From the NCBI RefSeq assembly GCF_008831285.2, contig NC_045138.2, forward strand, positions 24,056,001 through 24,120,000: a stretch of 64,000 nucleotides of DNA. The letters run 5' to 3'. A program made the position numbers and the translations under genes. The notes beneath the pieces were generated by a model. That model was not told the origin of the DNA and searched no databases. It was given only the letters and a program-made list of their open reading frames with translations. The first letter of the stretch is position 1. Every line of letters starts with the position of its first letter. The DNA is from Nymphaea colorata. Its lineage: Eukaryota. Shown here piece after piece: positions 1-12,400 of the stretch.

Positions 1-1579
1 CCAAAGTATTTCCCACCCTCGACCTCTCTTTGATTGTAACTCCACGGTTGTAGACAAATGTAGTTTGCCACAGTTTTGTACTAGGCTCATATTCATCCAA
101 ATCCAAACTCATAGGGAAAAACAGTCCGTTCCAAGACTCACATATGCATAAAGCTTAAGATGAGAACTGGATCACAGCTAGCTCACTGTACTTAGAGTTA
201 GCGTTGTACTTTTTTGTTATTCGACGGTGAGTATGATTAAGATGGTCTATATCTGACTAATCATGAACTAGTAATTCATTGGATCTGACTCTATTTTCAA
301 TTCACACGCCTAAGGGTTTGCATTTGTTCAACAAAGAAGTTAAATTTTGTCCCTGCTTAAAAGCCATATTGTACAAGAGTTGTTCACATTTTGATCTATC
401 CAGCATCACATTCGAGTTGGGTGAGATGACCTGGGAGGGAAAATGATGAATTTGGATCCATTTAGCACCTTAGCTAGCTAATCAAATATGCTTAATCTTT
501 AAACTAATGTGATCACCCATCAAATTTAGAGTCTAATGCTACATCAGAAATCTGTGTCTGATTTCTAATCAAAATAAAGTTGCATTTATGTGTGTGAAAA
601 CCAGTCTTTTGTTGACATGCATAATAAGAAGTCAAAGACATTTCTGACCAGGTCCTAAAGAGGTTGGTCCTAGAATAGTTTGGTCCATATTCACCAGTAA
701 AGCTTGGCTTCCAAATATCAGCAGCATTTGCCAACAAGTGCTCCATTTATCTCCAAATACCTTTAAGTTGAAGGAGCCAACAGTTCAATAATCTATGCTT
801 AAATTGTAAAGGATGTCCGAAAAAACTAAATAAACATACTGCAACATTTTTTTAACTGCAAATGTTCATATACTTCATGGTGTCACTCTACTTGAAGTTA
901 TTATTGTAATAATGACAAGATAGTGGTAGTTATTCTTCTTAAAACGACTAGAGCAACGTGCAATTTTCGGTTGTTTACATTCGTCTCGGACAATTTCTTG
1001 CCTGAATAAAAAATATTTCGCAACGAATGCTTCTTATAGCCCAGATGTGCTTATCACAGTCTGACAATGGTTAAGCAATACAAATCGCCTGACTACCCAT
1101 ATGCGTGTTTATAAACATATTGAAAACTTAAGCGCTCATTTCTTTTAACTTGTAGGTGTGCATTTTGAAGCACATGATGAAAAATGGCAATTATACAGCC
1201 GAATGTTATGTTTGTTCTTTGTGTTAAACTCTTCTTGATATTTCATGAAGATAAAGCAAAATAACATTAGTAAAATGTCATTAGATGTCATGTCATTAGA
1301 GACTCCATTCATCATGTTCATCAATAATTCCTTCAACGCCGCTCTACTGTTAGCACTTTGGCTAGTGGAGGTTCGCAACCTTGGGCACTTCTCTTTTCCT
1401 CGGTTTCTTTTTTTTTTTTTTTTTTTTTTAACAAGTTGGTAGCATCATGCCCCTCATTGTGGAGCCACATATAGGCAGGTGTGAGCATTTGCCAACACCA
1501 GCTTCACAAAGATCATGTATTTTCACATTAGTGCCTTAAACAATTTACTCATGACAGTTTTTTAATTACTGCCCTCAGC

Positions 1580-1816
1580 CAGAGGCAGAGCTACATATGG
1601 ACGGCTGTGGGCAGTTTCCAACACCATCCCCTTCAGGTTTCTTCATTTTTAAATATCTCTAAATATTTTGCTATATTATGTATATAAGTGCCCCTTCAAA
1701 CATGAAAAATCTGTGACTCCACTACTGCCCTCCAGTGAAACTTTCTAAAAGTTACATGTAATTTTTTTTTTCTTTTGAGGAGCCAGGGCCCATGCGAGCC
1801 CTTGGCTCCACCTCTG
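1580..1816. mobile_element. MITE with CAGAGG(C/T)(A/G)GAGC termini, nested in a related older MITE (about 1456-1851)
   Basis: Imperfect TIRs CAGAGGCAGAGCTA ... TGGCTCCACCTCTG. Outer element ends TGTGGAGCCA ... TGGCTACACCACT. Confidence 0.5.
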
Positions 1817-2199
1817 CCGCTCTCAACCCAAAATTTCTGGCTACACCACTACATCCACTACATGCGCTGCGCTGATGGTAGGGACATTGCAGCAAGATCA
1901 TGTCAACCACCGACCATAGCGATCCTTGGCCATGGCCTATTGCGCCTTCTATTACAAGACCACCTCCAGTGTCCGGAGATATGAGGCGTTAACACACAAG
2001 GAGCTTTTTTCGTTTTTAAAGGGTTATTAAGAATCTTCCTCTAGCTCTTATCCAGTGAAAAAAACTACAGACTTTAAGATCGTACACTTATATATAAAAA
2101 AAAGGGACTTCTTTAGTGCATTATTCTTGACAAATTCAAGTGCATTATTAATGAATGGTGCAGCTTGGCAACCTATTGGTTGACGACATCCAGAAGCAG

Positions 2200-3330
2200 G
2201 CATTGAACCCATAGTGCAAATTCCATCCTTATGTTGGGCATTGCACTATCGGCTCTTTGCATTTTGCTCATGTTGATTAAGGTAAGTTCTAACTTGATGG
2301 ACGTTCTGCCCAACTCTCAAATGTCTTTTCCACCCATCTTCTCGGCCTCCATCTGCTTCCTTGGCCGGTTAAACTACTCAGATCACGTCACTGTGCATAG
2401 GTGGAACCACATCTCTTACAAAACTTTGTTCCAGATTCGGAAAGCATTCAGTCAATAACCTCCTCATTCACTCCCACCCATTCTCACCCCAGAGGTGAGA
2501 ACCCAAATCCTCATCCACCCAAATCTCCTCCAGTCCACAATATCAACAATAAGGTCTAGCTCCGTTAGACCAAGTAATGCCCTTAACATTAACAGTTAGG
2601 GATGTCAACATATCTGATTTCAATTGGACATCTGACAACTATTTCAATTGGATATCTTACAAAACTGTTTGGAAAAAAATCAGATATGGAAAAAAAAAAT
2701 CGATTAAGAAAATGGAACAAATCCGGATTTAAGAAATGACATCCGATTAGGTTCAGATTGGGGTTCAGATATACATAAATATTCAATCGGATTTGGATTA
2801 GACTTAGTTTTAAAGAAATATTCTATATTCAAAGCTCTGACATTTGAAAATCTGCTAGATTCGATTCAAAATTTGGATTCAGTTTCAGATATAAAAGTAA
2901 AAGTCGAATTCAAATTGGATTTCATATTCATATTTGAATATGAATTTTCTATACTTGTATTTGAATCCAAATTTGAATTTGAGCATATGAACATCCGAAA
3001 AAAACAGTTAAGAGTATATCTAATTCAAATCTGATCCGTTGGTATTCCTATTGATATTTGAAGAGTTATGTTGGTGGGGGTAGAAGACACATCTACTGCA
3101 AAACCATTTCCAAGGTTTGGATTTCTTGTGTGGCAGTGCCTGGGGTCCATCTATTAGCCATCCATGTCCTTCCTCGACTGCCAAAACACATGGATGAAGA
3201 ACCTCAGGGTCTCCTCCTCAGAAGAAAGCTAAATTATATACAACACCTTTCCCTAGCCCATGAATTAAGTTGCGTGCCTTGGACTTTACCCTTTGCTTCA
3301 TCAAGTTTTGCCAATGTTTGCATGATAATC
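2200..3330 (-). mobile_element. Degenerate LINE ORF1 remnant (DUF4283 plus zinc knuckle), split by a MITE
   Basis: With frameshifts, the minus strand reads GLGKG...FSSEEETL...GRTWMANRWTPG at about 3260-3130, and EIWVDED...FCKRCGS at about 2540-2400. Confidence 0.45.
2597..3050. mobile_element. hAT-type MITE (TAGGGATGTCAA TIR family with ATCCGA/TCGGAT internal repeats)
   Basis: TAGGGATGTCAAC ... GTTGGTATTCCTA. Same family as 23831-24131 and the copy starting at 44326. Confidence 0.65.
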
Positions 3331-3470
3331 AAACCCATCTTTAATGGGAACGAGTTTTGTATGTCATTTCATATACAAAACGAGCATACACCAAAGGTGG
3401 ACCTTATTAACATTATGCATATTTACTTTAATGTCCTAACGTTATATGTGCACAACGAATATTCTTAATA

Positions 3471-3823
3471 ATGTCGTTATGCCATACCGCTGTTGCTATC
3501 TCATACCTATTATCTCATACCCTTGACATTATCATACCTCTTTCATTATTTCATACCCTTGTTGTTATCGTAACTTTGTCGTTATCTTATACCCCTTGTT
3601 ATTATCTCGTACCCATTATTTCATACTCTCATCATTATCATCCTCATATCATTATCTCATACCCATAGCATTGAGATAATGACAAGGGGTGGTATGAGAT
3701 AATAATTAGGTGAAATAATAATGGGTATAAGATAACAATATGGATATGAAATAAGGATAAATGTATGAGATAATGTGTATGAGATAACAATATGAGATGA
3801 TGACAGGAGTATAAAATAGCGAC
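3471..3823. repeat. Fold-back array of degenerate ATCTCATACC / GGTATGAGAT units
   Basis: The left half repeats (T)ATCTCATAC(C); the right half repeats the complementary GTATGAGATA. Outer ends ATGTCGTTAT / ATAGCGACAT are inverted. Confidence 0.65.
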
Positions 3824-4983
3824 ATGAGCGAGACAAAAAAAAACTAAAGATATTTTTTTGCCGCTTAAAAGGGTATATTATATTAATCATAACGATATGT
3901 ATATACGGACTGACATGTTTGAGCTTTATCAAATTCCAAAATCTTCCTTTTTTGGTTTCCATTTTATGTCCCTATAAAAGTTTTCTTTTTCTATTACTTA
4001 GAGACACTTTTCTTTATGATTAATTAAATTGGCGCACAAAAATTTCATACATGGCACAGTGTATAGCCTGCTTGGATCTTTAATCTCCTCCCTTGCATGA
4101 AAAGTAATCCCAGCCAATGAGTGCTGATTCACGAGAAACACTTGGGCAACTTCATCATCAACAATCATCTAAATGGCAAGAGATGCTCTAGCTACTAAGA
4201 TGATACCACCGATCCTTCAGCAGCAGAAGCCAAGAACCCCTGCAATCGATTAGCTTGAACCCTATGGTTCGATCCCCAACCTTGGATCGATCAGAGATGC
4301 TCTTCAAAGAAACCCTAGGGTGCCCAGGGGTTGGATTTTACATCTTTAACATCATTTACTCTTGGCTTAACTCAACTACATAATGTGTTATGAAGGACAA
4401 ATTTTCTATTGCTAAGTGTTTTTAAGGGACAGTTAGATACAGAATATGTGCATTCTTTTGTTAGATTTTCTGTTAAAGGGTCATTTAAAGTTGAATTAAG
4501 AAACAAGTTCACGAATTTTTTTTAAGTTAACAGAAATGAATTAAACGAATTAAGCGAGCTAAACTCAAACTCAACAATGCATCGTCAAGTCGAGCTCAAA
4601 CCTGTTCTATGAAAATCGACACAGGTTCAAGACCAGCTAGAGTTCAACTTGACTCGTGTGCAGCCCATAGCACACATCCGCGGATCAAAGCTGCGGACAA
4701 TACGATGTTCATTTTCAAATAAAGCCCAAGGCCGACTTGAACCAGAGGAAGACCCGCTCCTAACGAATGAGATAAGCGAGCCAGTAGGCAGTAAGCTCCA
4801 CCCACTTATAGCCTCATGAACGTAAGTAAAGACCAGACGGGTTACAGATCCCCAGTGGGCGCCCGAAACTATGACAGGAAACGGTACAGTCAACGACCGA
4901 CTTCTTTCTCCTACCAAGGAAAAGGATAAACAAAAGCTTCGATGGCATTTTGGTAAATATTCGATGGAGTGCATAGCCATTCA

Positions 4984-4990
4984 GATAAGG
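4984..4990 (+). promoter_or_regulatory. I-box (GATAAGG) upstream of the TL19 gene
   Basis: GATAAGG about 100 bp upstream of the ATG, with a CCAAT shortly downstream. Typical of light-regulated photosynthesis genes, but the motif is short enough to occur by chance. Confidence 0.4.
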
Positions 4991-5087
4991 CCAGCACCTC
5001 TCAGCCAATGAATGTTAAAAGATTGATGGCTCACAGGAGAATAAATGCAGGCAGAGGCATCTCTCTCTCTCTCTCTTTATCTCTCTC

Positions 5088-5843
5088 ATGGCGACCATCT
5101 TCTCACCCTCGGCCATTCTCTTCTCTGCTTCGCCAAAACCAACACCAAATCCCCCTCCTCCCAAGCAAGCCATCCTGCAGCTACCTCCTAAATACACTAC
5201 GATTTCGAAATCTTCTTCTGCTATTGCCCATACTGCAATGACTGCAGCAGCGGCCGCCGCCGCAGTTTCTGTTCTTATCTCCACTCCGGCGTTCCCATCC
5301 CTAGCTGAGGAGCCATCCACATCCTATCGTGTTTACTATGGAACAGCTGCTAGTGCAGCCAACTATGGTGGCTATGGTGGCAATTCCAACAAGAAGGACT
5401 CCGCTGAATATGTCTACGAGGTACCTGATGGCTGGAAAGAACGCCTCATCTCAAAGATTGCTAAAGGAACTAATGGTACTGACAGTGAGTTTTACAACCC
5501 CAAAAAGAAGACGGAGAAGGAGTACCTCACCTTTCTATCTGGGTTCCGGCAGCTCGCGCCACGAGACACAGTGCTCAACAATCTCGCACTGTCTGATGTT
5601 GACCTCCAGGATCTGATATCAACAGCAGATAGCGTTAGGTCAGAGGAGAAGAAGGATGACAAGGGTCAGGTATACTATGTGTATGAGATCGAAGGCACCG
5701 GCGGACACAGTTTGATTTCCGTCACCTGTGCAAAAAACAAGCTGTATGCTCACTTCGTCAATGCGCCGACACCTGAATGGAACAGAGATAAGGAAATTTT
5801 GATGCATGTTCACGAGTCCTTTAGGACTGTTGGATCGACATAA
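5088..5843 (+). CDS. TL19: Thylakoid lumenal 19 kDa protein (PsbP/Mog1 domain family), intronless, 251 aa
   Basis: Single ORF. Ser/Pro-rich chloroplast transit peptide, then a hydrophobic lumen signal ending in S-L-A. Mature part (YYGTAASAANYGGYGGN...YVYEVPDGWKERL...KGTNGTDSEFYNPKK...HSLISVTCAKNKLYAHFVNAP) matches the plant TL19 family from memory. Confidence 0.9.
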   Translation: MATIFSPSAILFSASPKPTPNPPPPKQAILQLPPKYTTISKSSSAIAHTAMTAAAAAAAVSVLISTPAFPSLAEEPSTSYRVYYGTAASAANYGGYGGNSNKKDSAEYVYEVPDGWKERLISKIAKGTNGTDSEFYNPKKKTEKEYLTFLSGFRQLAPRDTVLNNLALSDVDLQDLISTADSVRSEEKKDDKGQVYYVYEIEGTGGHSLISVTCAKNKLYAHFVNAPTPEWNRDKEILMHVHESFRTVGST

Positions 5844-5971
5844 TAGCAATCATGTGTTTTTGTCTCCGGAGAAGATGAAATTAGATATACATATGAATGT
5901 ATGCATGTATGTACATGTATATTGTTTGGCAGCATCACAATTTTTTTCTGCTGATCTAACCAAATTATTTC

Positions 5972-6007
<36 letters not shown>

Positions 6008-6449
6008 TTCTTTCATTCGCATAAAATGGATTGATATACAATGAAACAATTTTGCAGTTGAATATGCAAATATTACATGTGGAAAAGAGCCTGCTGATCA
6101 CGAAATAAGAGACCAAAATATACCAACAAGAGAACTTGCAGGGTAGAAAACTCATACAGGAGCCACATGACCCATTAACATTTTCACTTCAAACGACAAT
6201 GAAGATGCTTACCGTCTTAATAAAGTAAGCACGTCCATAAGAGGAGGAACTAGGTATCTTGCCCTTGCTGCATCTAAAACATGACTCATTTTCCATAATC
6301 GTGTGCTCATAAGCTTCAGCATTATTCAGGGAACAAATTATCCTCTTCTTCCAGCCAAGCAGTCCACGACAAATCAAAACAGCAGATCTGGAATTTGGGT
6401 CGACCATATCTTATATAAATCAAACATAAGCACATCTACGAGGAGCTGC

Positions 6450-9400
6450 TCATAATAATTCCTTGTCATAAAAGGCCATCTGAAGCTGTTTAACATGATT
6501 CAGCCAGGAAGCCACATTCTGGCCATCTACACTTATCCAATCAACTACAGTTGCAGCTGGTTGATCCCACCATTCATCAACCTGCACAAATATGAACAGG
6601 AATTGGTATCAGTGTCGACTACATGTCAAATAAAAAGTTAATTTTTAGGGTTAGAGGTTATATGACATGGCAAATGCATTGCCTTAATAATAGTTGCTTT
6701 AAAACCAACTCGTTAGGAAATTTTAGCTGCAGCGCACAAAACTTGAGCTGATGCGCTCCAATAGTTCAGTCGTGCCAGACAAACAAAATGAAAATTTATA
6801 GAAGATGGAGGAATGCAGCATTCTAACTCTCGGTAAGGATGTCCAAGATAATTTGACATCAGCTTAAATGGGGTACGGAACCAAAGATTTGCAGCAGTTA
6901 CACTAACATGATAAACATAAGAACGAGAGGAGAGATGTTTCAGCTCATGTAAGGGTCCTTACCAAGCCTCTAACACGTTTGCAATCATCCAAGCATTTTT
7001 GAGCATTCAATACTGCCTTCTTAAGTTCTGGTATCCATTTCTCTGTCACAGCCTTTTCTTGCTCAGAGGCTAAAGTAAGACAGAAACTAGTAGTCCTGTG
7101 AGTATGCGAAATAAAAGAACACTAAACTCAGTAAAAGCTTATGCAAACAGCATCAAACAAGCAAGAGATAAAAATGTTAATTAGAAAACCAACAAGAAGA
7201 CAACTAACAGAAACAACTGAGCTAGGGAGCCCAGCAGAGAATGAAGTTAGCTATTGTACCTCTCGTATTCTTGTTTTGCCCTGTATGAATGATTGAGCAA
7301 TGAACGCCCACTATTAATAAGATCCTGGTATATGTGGACTCGATTGATTGCATTTGAGAGGTCCTCTAGCACACTAGCCTCAGAACCCCGAAGTTTCAAA
7401 CAGAACTCAAGTGACTCCAGCACAGATGCTAACCCAGAATCTGATCCTTCCAGGCCTGCAAGAAAAAAAAAATTGTTCACCCCAAGGTAATCCTTTAGTA
7501 ATAAGAGGATGTAATGGAAATAGAAAAATTAAAGTGCCAAGTAAAAATCGACTTCTAAGTTAACCCCAACCAAATTTCATTGAGATCCTAATACAAGAGA
7601 ACATGCAGACCGAGACCAAGGAATGAAATGCCTGTGAAAGACAAAATGCTTCTTATTACCAATTACATTTTGACATTTCATCTATTATAGGAGACAGTTT
7701 TCAATTTCTTTGTTAGTATCCAAGAGCCTGACTATGGTAGGCTGGGGACATCATATATTATGCTTCAAGTTACTGTTAAAGTATATTATGACAAGGGGAC
7801 CTTGAAATACTATGCTGACATTTTATGATATTTTGTTTCTATCCAACCTGGCTTACCAAATTAAGCAGCCATTGGCTTGCACCAGATGATCAGCAAACAA
7901 ATTTTCATAGTTGGCACAAGAGGTTAAAGCAAAATTCAAATTATAAATTTATAACTCCTTATTAGCTTTCAATAACATATAAACATGCATGACATACACT
8001 TGTCCTCGTACCCTAGTTTTGTCCCAAGCATCACGATAATTTATCATCTCCCATATCCAAGCATGTCATAAGAATTTATGTTGAATGTTTTTAGATACTT
8101 GTTAGGCTCCAGGTTTTGAAGCTAAATCCACAACACTGTTTCAACTTTCAACCATGCAGGAGTTGAGGATTGGAATAGTGGTGCATTACAAAATAGAGAA
8201 AAAAATATAAAGTTGAGTGGTTGCTGTGAGTACATACATATAGATATGAATCCATACCAAAACGACTCAAATCTTAGAAAATCACACAAACACACCAACC
8301 AACGAGTGATTGCACAAAGAACTCACAAAGCTTGCTTGCTGCATCACGTCATGAGCAAAGCCCCCCACAATTTGCTTTTAAGGCACAATAAAGCAACAAA
8401 ACAGTTCTTCAATAATGACAAAAAAGCTTCAAAGAAGCGTCAATTGGATGTCGGCCAATAGCCGCTAATTTATAGAGTAGCTTCAATAAAGCAACAAAAC
8501 AGTTCTTCAATAATGACAAAAAAGCTTCAAAGAAGAATCAATTGGATGTTGGACATTAGTTGCTAATTTATAGAGTAGCAGCAATTTCTCTAGCTGTTGG
8601 AAATGGTTAGCTAACTGGTAGAAAAGCTGCAGCTGAGAACCACAAAAAGAAAGAATTAAAACAAGAAAATCAGAAAAGAAATACAGAAAAAATACAGAAA
8701 TACAAAAAGGAAATAAATATACATACATACATAGACACACACATACACACTACTTTACCCCTGCTGCCTTCAAACTTATAGTGCCACACCCAAATAAAAT
8801 ATAGTGCAACCCATGTATATATTATACTACATAGTAAGTATAAACATATATGGAGACGAGTTGCACTTCACCACATACACAAACAACACACAGCATCCAT
8901 AGCATGTTTTCGCCATCACAAGTGCTATTAATAGCAAATGCATCTATGTCAACACATTATTTTAAGGTAACCTGAATGGTACTGAAGAGCAGCCGAAACG
9001 CGACAAACAGATGGAATTGCAGATTGATCTCGTGCACCAGCCCTTGCAGTCAACATAGCAGCATTTTTTTCTGCAGCAGCAAGCACTTCAGGTCCTGCAG
9101 ATCCAGCAGCTCCCATGGACTCCAAGAGAGCCTATCCAAAAAAATAGGATCCAATAATGAAAAACGCAACCTGAATATAGGAAAGCCAACCTATGGCAAC
9201 AAATGTACAACTATGAGCTCTGAGTCATAGAAAACATGCAGCTTTAGCTTCACATGCCACATGGAACCACCATGCACATAAAGTGTATCAGATTCCATCA
9301 TAATTAGTAGATACACATAAAAAAAACACTGAACAGTTTGCTTGTTGATTAGTAGATACACATAAGGAAAAGGCTGAACAGTTTGAATGAAACACGAGTT

Positions 9401-12400
9401 GGCAGCAGTTAATGCACTTTATGATATAAAAAAAATAAGACTAATAAATAAGTCAACTGAAAGCTTAGTCGACCAGTAATCTTATTGTATTTGGAACAAG
9501 TGAACCCCAAAAACATGAAGAGCATGTTTACAAAACAATTTCGTACTTAAATCATGCAGCTGTTGAATTATGACGCTTGACACATGCAGCTGTTGAATTA
9601 TGACGCTTGACACATGCAGCAGAAGTGCCTCAGTTCAAAGAAGTCGACCAAAAATTTTTCCAAAATAAAAGGCAAAAAAGGAAAGATAACATGGAGTTTC
9701 CATTTTTTTCTAGAATTAGTGAAGATAAAAATAAGCATCAAAACAGAACGTATTTGAAAGTCCAGAAATCTCGTCGTTCTTATGCTCCAGAAGCTACTGT
9801 TTACAACTTTTCAGTTTCTACACAATCCATACACGATTCAAAACTTAAAACACCACATTAACCCTAAAGCCCTTTACTTATTTGCATGTATTTTTATCTA
9901 TTTGTTTGTCTGTCCATCTTCCAGGAGTTTCACAAGACATAAGCAGCATAATTGGAACTAAGGGAACCACAACGAATGACTAGACTATGTATTCTTTTGA
10001 GGTAGTCATAAATAAGCTAGCAGCAACATTATCAACATAGAGATATGCATGTCAATGGCAACAATTTCTATGATGAACATCAATATGAAAAATAAAAAAA
10101 CAACAGGTCCTAATACTGACCTGTGGAGTAGAAGGTAACATGTAAAGCCTATTATCTGGACTTGCACCAAAAGCAGAAACCTCTTTTTCAATTAGATCCT
10201 TCGCAATAGAAGATTTTTCTGCAACTGTTGTGCATGCAGGAATAATGGTACTTAAGGCATATCTTCTTGCAGCTATTGGCTGCTGACTCCAAAATGCAAC
10301 TGCATCCTGGAAATTGAAGAAAGTTATTTCATACAAAGAAGACCAGATAGAATTTTCTTCAGAATATCTAGCAGAAAGATGAAAATATGATAAGCGGAAT
10401 ATTGCCATCTTCAATAATTGAAAAGCATCAAAAGGACCAAAAGTTTTTATAAGGTAAGTTTAGGGGAATTGAGAATGCTCCTATGTAGTTTGATATTTTG
10501 TTATTTAAAGAGTGTTTGAAAAAAACAATACATTTGCATATATGTTATTGCATAGAATATAGATAATATATGCAATTTTTATTACCCTTTTTTTTTGTTT
10601 TGTATTATTTTTTCCATTATTATTCTTCTTATTTTATTGCTTTGGTCATTTTGAAAAATGATGTGCTGAGATTATAAAATCCTACTATAAACTTTTGAAA
10701 CCAGGAAAAGAAACCACAACATTCTCAAACTTAAACAAGTCAAATAAGCATGGGATTAAAAAGTTGCACTTCAAGGAATATACCTTGCAAGCTTTACTTT
10801 CAAAAGAAGGCTATTTACTTTCCACAAGAAGATATGAGCATAAGGAATAATGTATCATCCATATGAAAGAAACCAATTCTCCTTAAACCAACAAGCATGA
10901 AGCCAAAGCACCATGAGAACTCCATCTTCTTTCATGAGCTTGGGCCCAATTTTGGAAGCATTTAAAAAACATCATTTTAATCTTCACTTATCCCTCCCCT
11001 TGAAGACACTCTTACCATTAGTTGTGAGGAGAGAATACACAACACGAAAAGAACAAGAAAATAGTGTGTTGGCTAGTGGCTACTCCTTCATCCTTTACAG
11101 GAAGACGGATAAGATAGTGTTCTAGTTCTCTCTAGGCCAAGAATACATGCTACAGCTTATAAACCACCTTATTTCAACAAGGTCAAAAATCAAAGCAATA
11201 AAAGGCAATAATAGAAAGCTGATCTCTCACTTCTGTCATAAGTGTGAATACAACAAGCCTATGTCTCCAGAATTAAAAGAGACAGAAGGGTCCATTCGAT
11301 ACCTGCTGGCAAAATTTTTAGGGCAGAGGGAAACCTCTGATAAGAAGGCGTATATGGGTCTTGGCGTGCTTGGATCTGGATCTTTGCCTATTTTTTTATC
11401 ATTGCCCATTCTTCTTTGTGTAATCAAGATACTCCAAAACCACATTCATATTTTCTTCCATCCCACAAGTTTTTTCTGTACCTTGGATTTCTATATGCAG
11501 TTCTTTTAAATTATTCACAATTTCATCAAAAATTACAAGGTTTAACTGATCTAGTCACACCAAGCTACATTATGGATGAGCAAGCATAAAGATGCATGGT
11601 CTAATACATGATGAAGTAACTTCATTCAAACAGAACAAAAAATCAAGATCACCTGAATTTTATGCCCTTAAGAAAATAATTGATAAATGCCCAAGCATAC
11701 ACTTTTGATGAAGAATGGTGATATATTGCACATACACAAATCACCACGATAGGGAATGTAGTACAAAACCACTGACATGAATAGTTTTAATGTGTAAACT
11801 AAGAGAGGAAATCCTTAAAGAAAAAAATCAAAATTATTTAAGGAGTTCATGCAAACTACTTGAAGAATAAGGACATTCAACATTGAGCACTTTACCATAT
11901 TAGTACGAAGCAGGGAAGCATAAACCACTTCAAGCTCTGACCTACGAGCATCAAATTCTTCAACCTTTTTCCATTTTTTTCTCAAGGAATCCTCTGCTTC
12001 CTTCCATTCAGAACACAATTTTTGCAGACGCTGGACCTCAGATGCCAATGTATTCAAACCTGCTCTCAGGCCAGCTGCTTCCCTTTCCTTGGCCCAGACA
12101 TCCAACTGCAGCAAGAACATATCAACACGGACCGTAAATTACTTTAGTCCAGTGTTCTAAAATCCAGTGACTAGGGACTCAACTCATCCATTCTCAATGG
12201 GAGATTTAGTGGGTCAACTCAGCGACTTGGACCAGGCTTTGTTAACTATTTTTTGTCAAAGAAAAACAATATCAACCTTTTTTTTTACACAAAATATTGT
12301 ACAATGACTTGATTACATGTCTAACTCAGAAATAAGTCAACTTAGCATCAAACAAAGTAACAGTCAAGGTACAATTTCTTTTTCAAACTTTGAGCTTTCT

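Noticed and set aside
4140..4350. Possible solo-LTR 3' end (…TACATCTTTAACA)
   Set aside because: No matching 5' end, TSD or second copy in the window.
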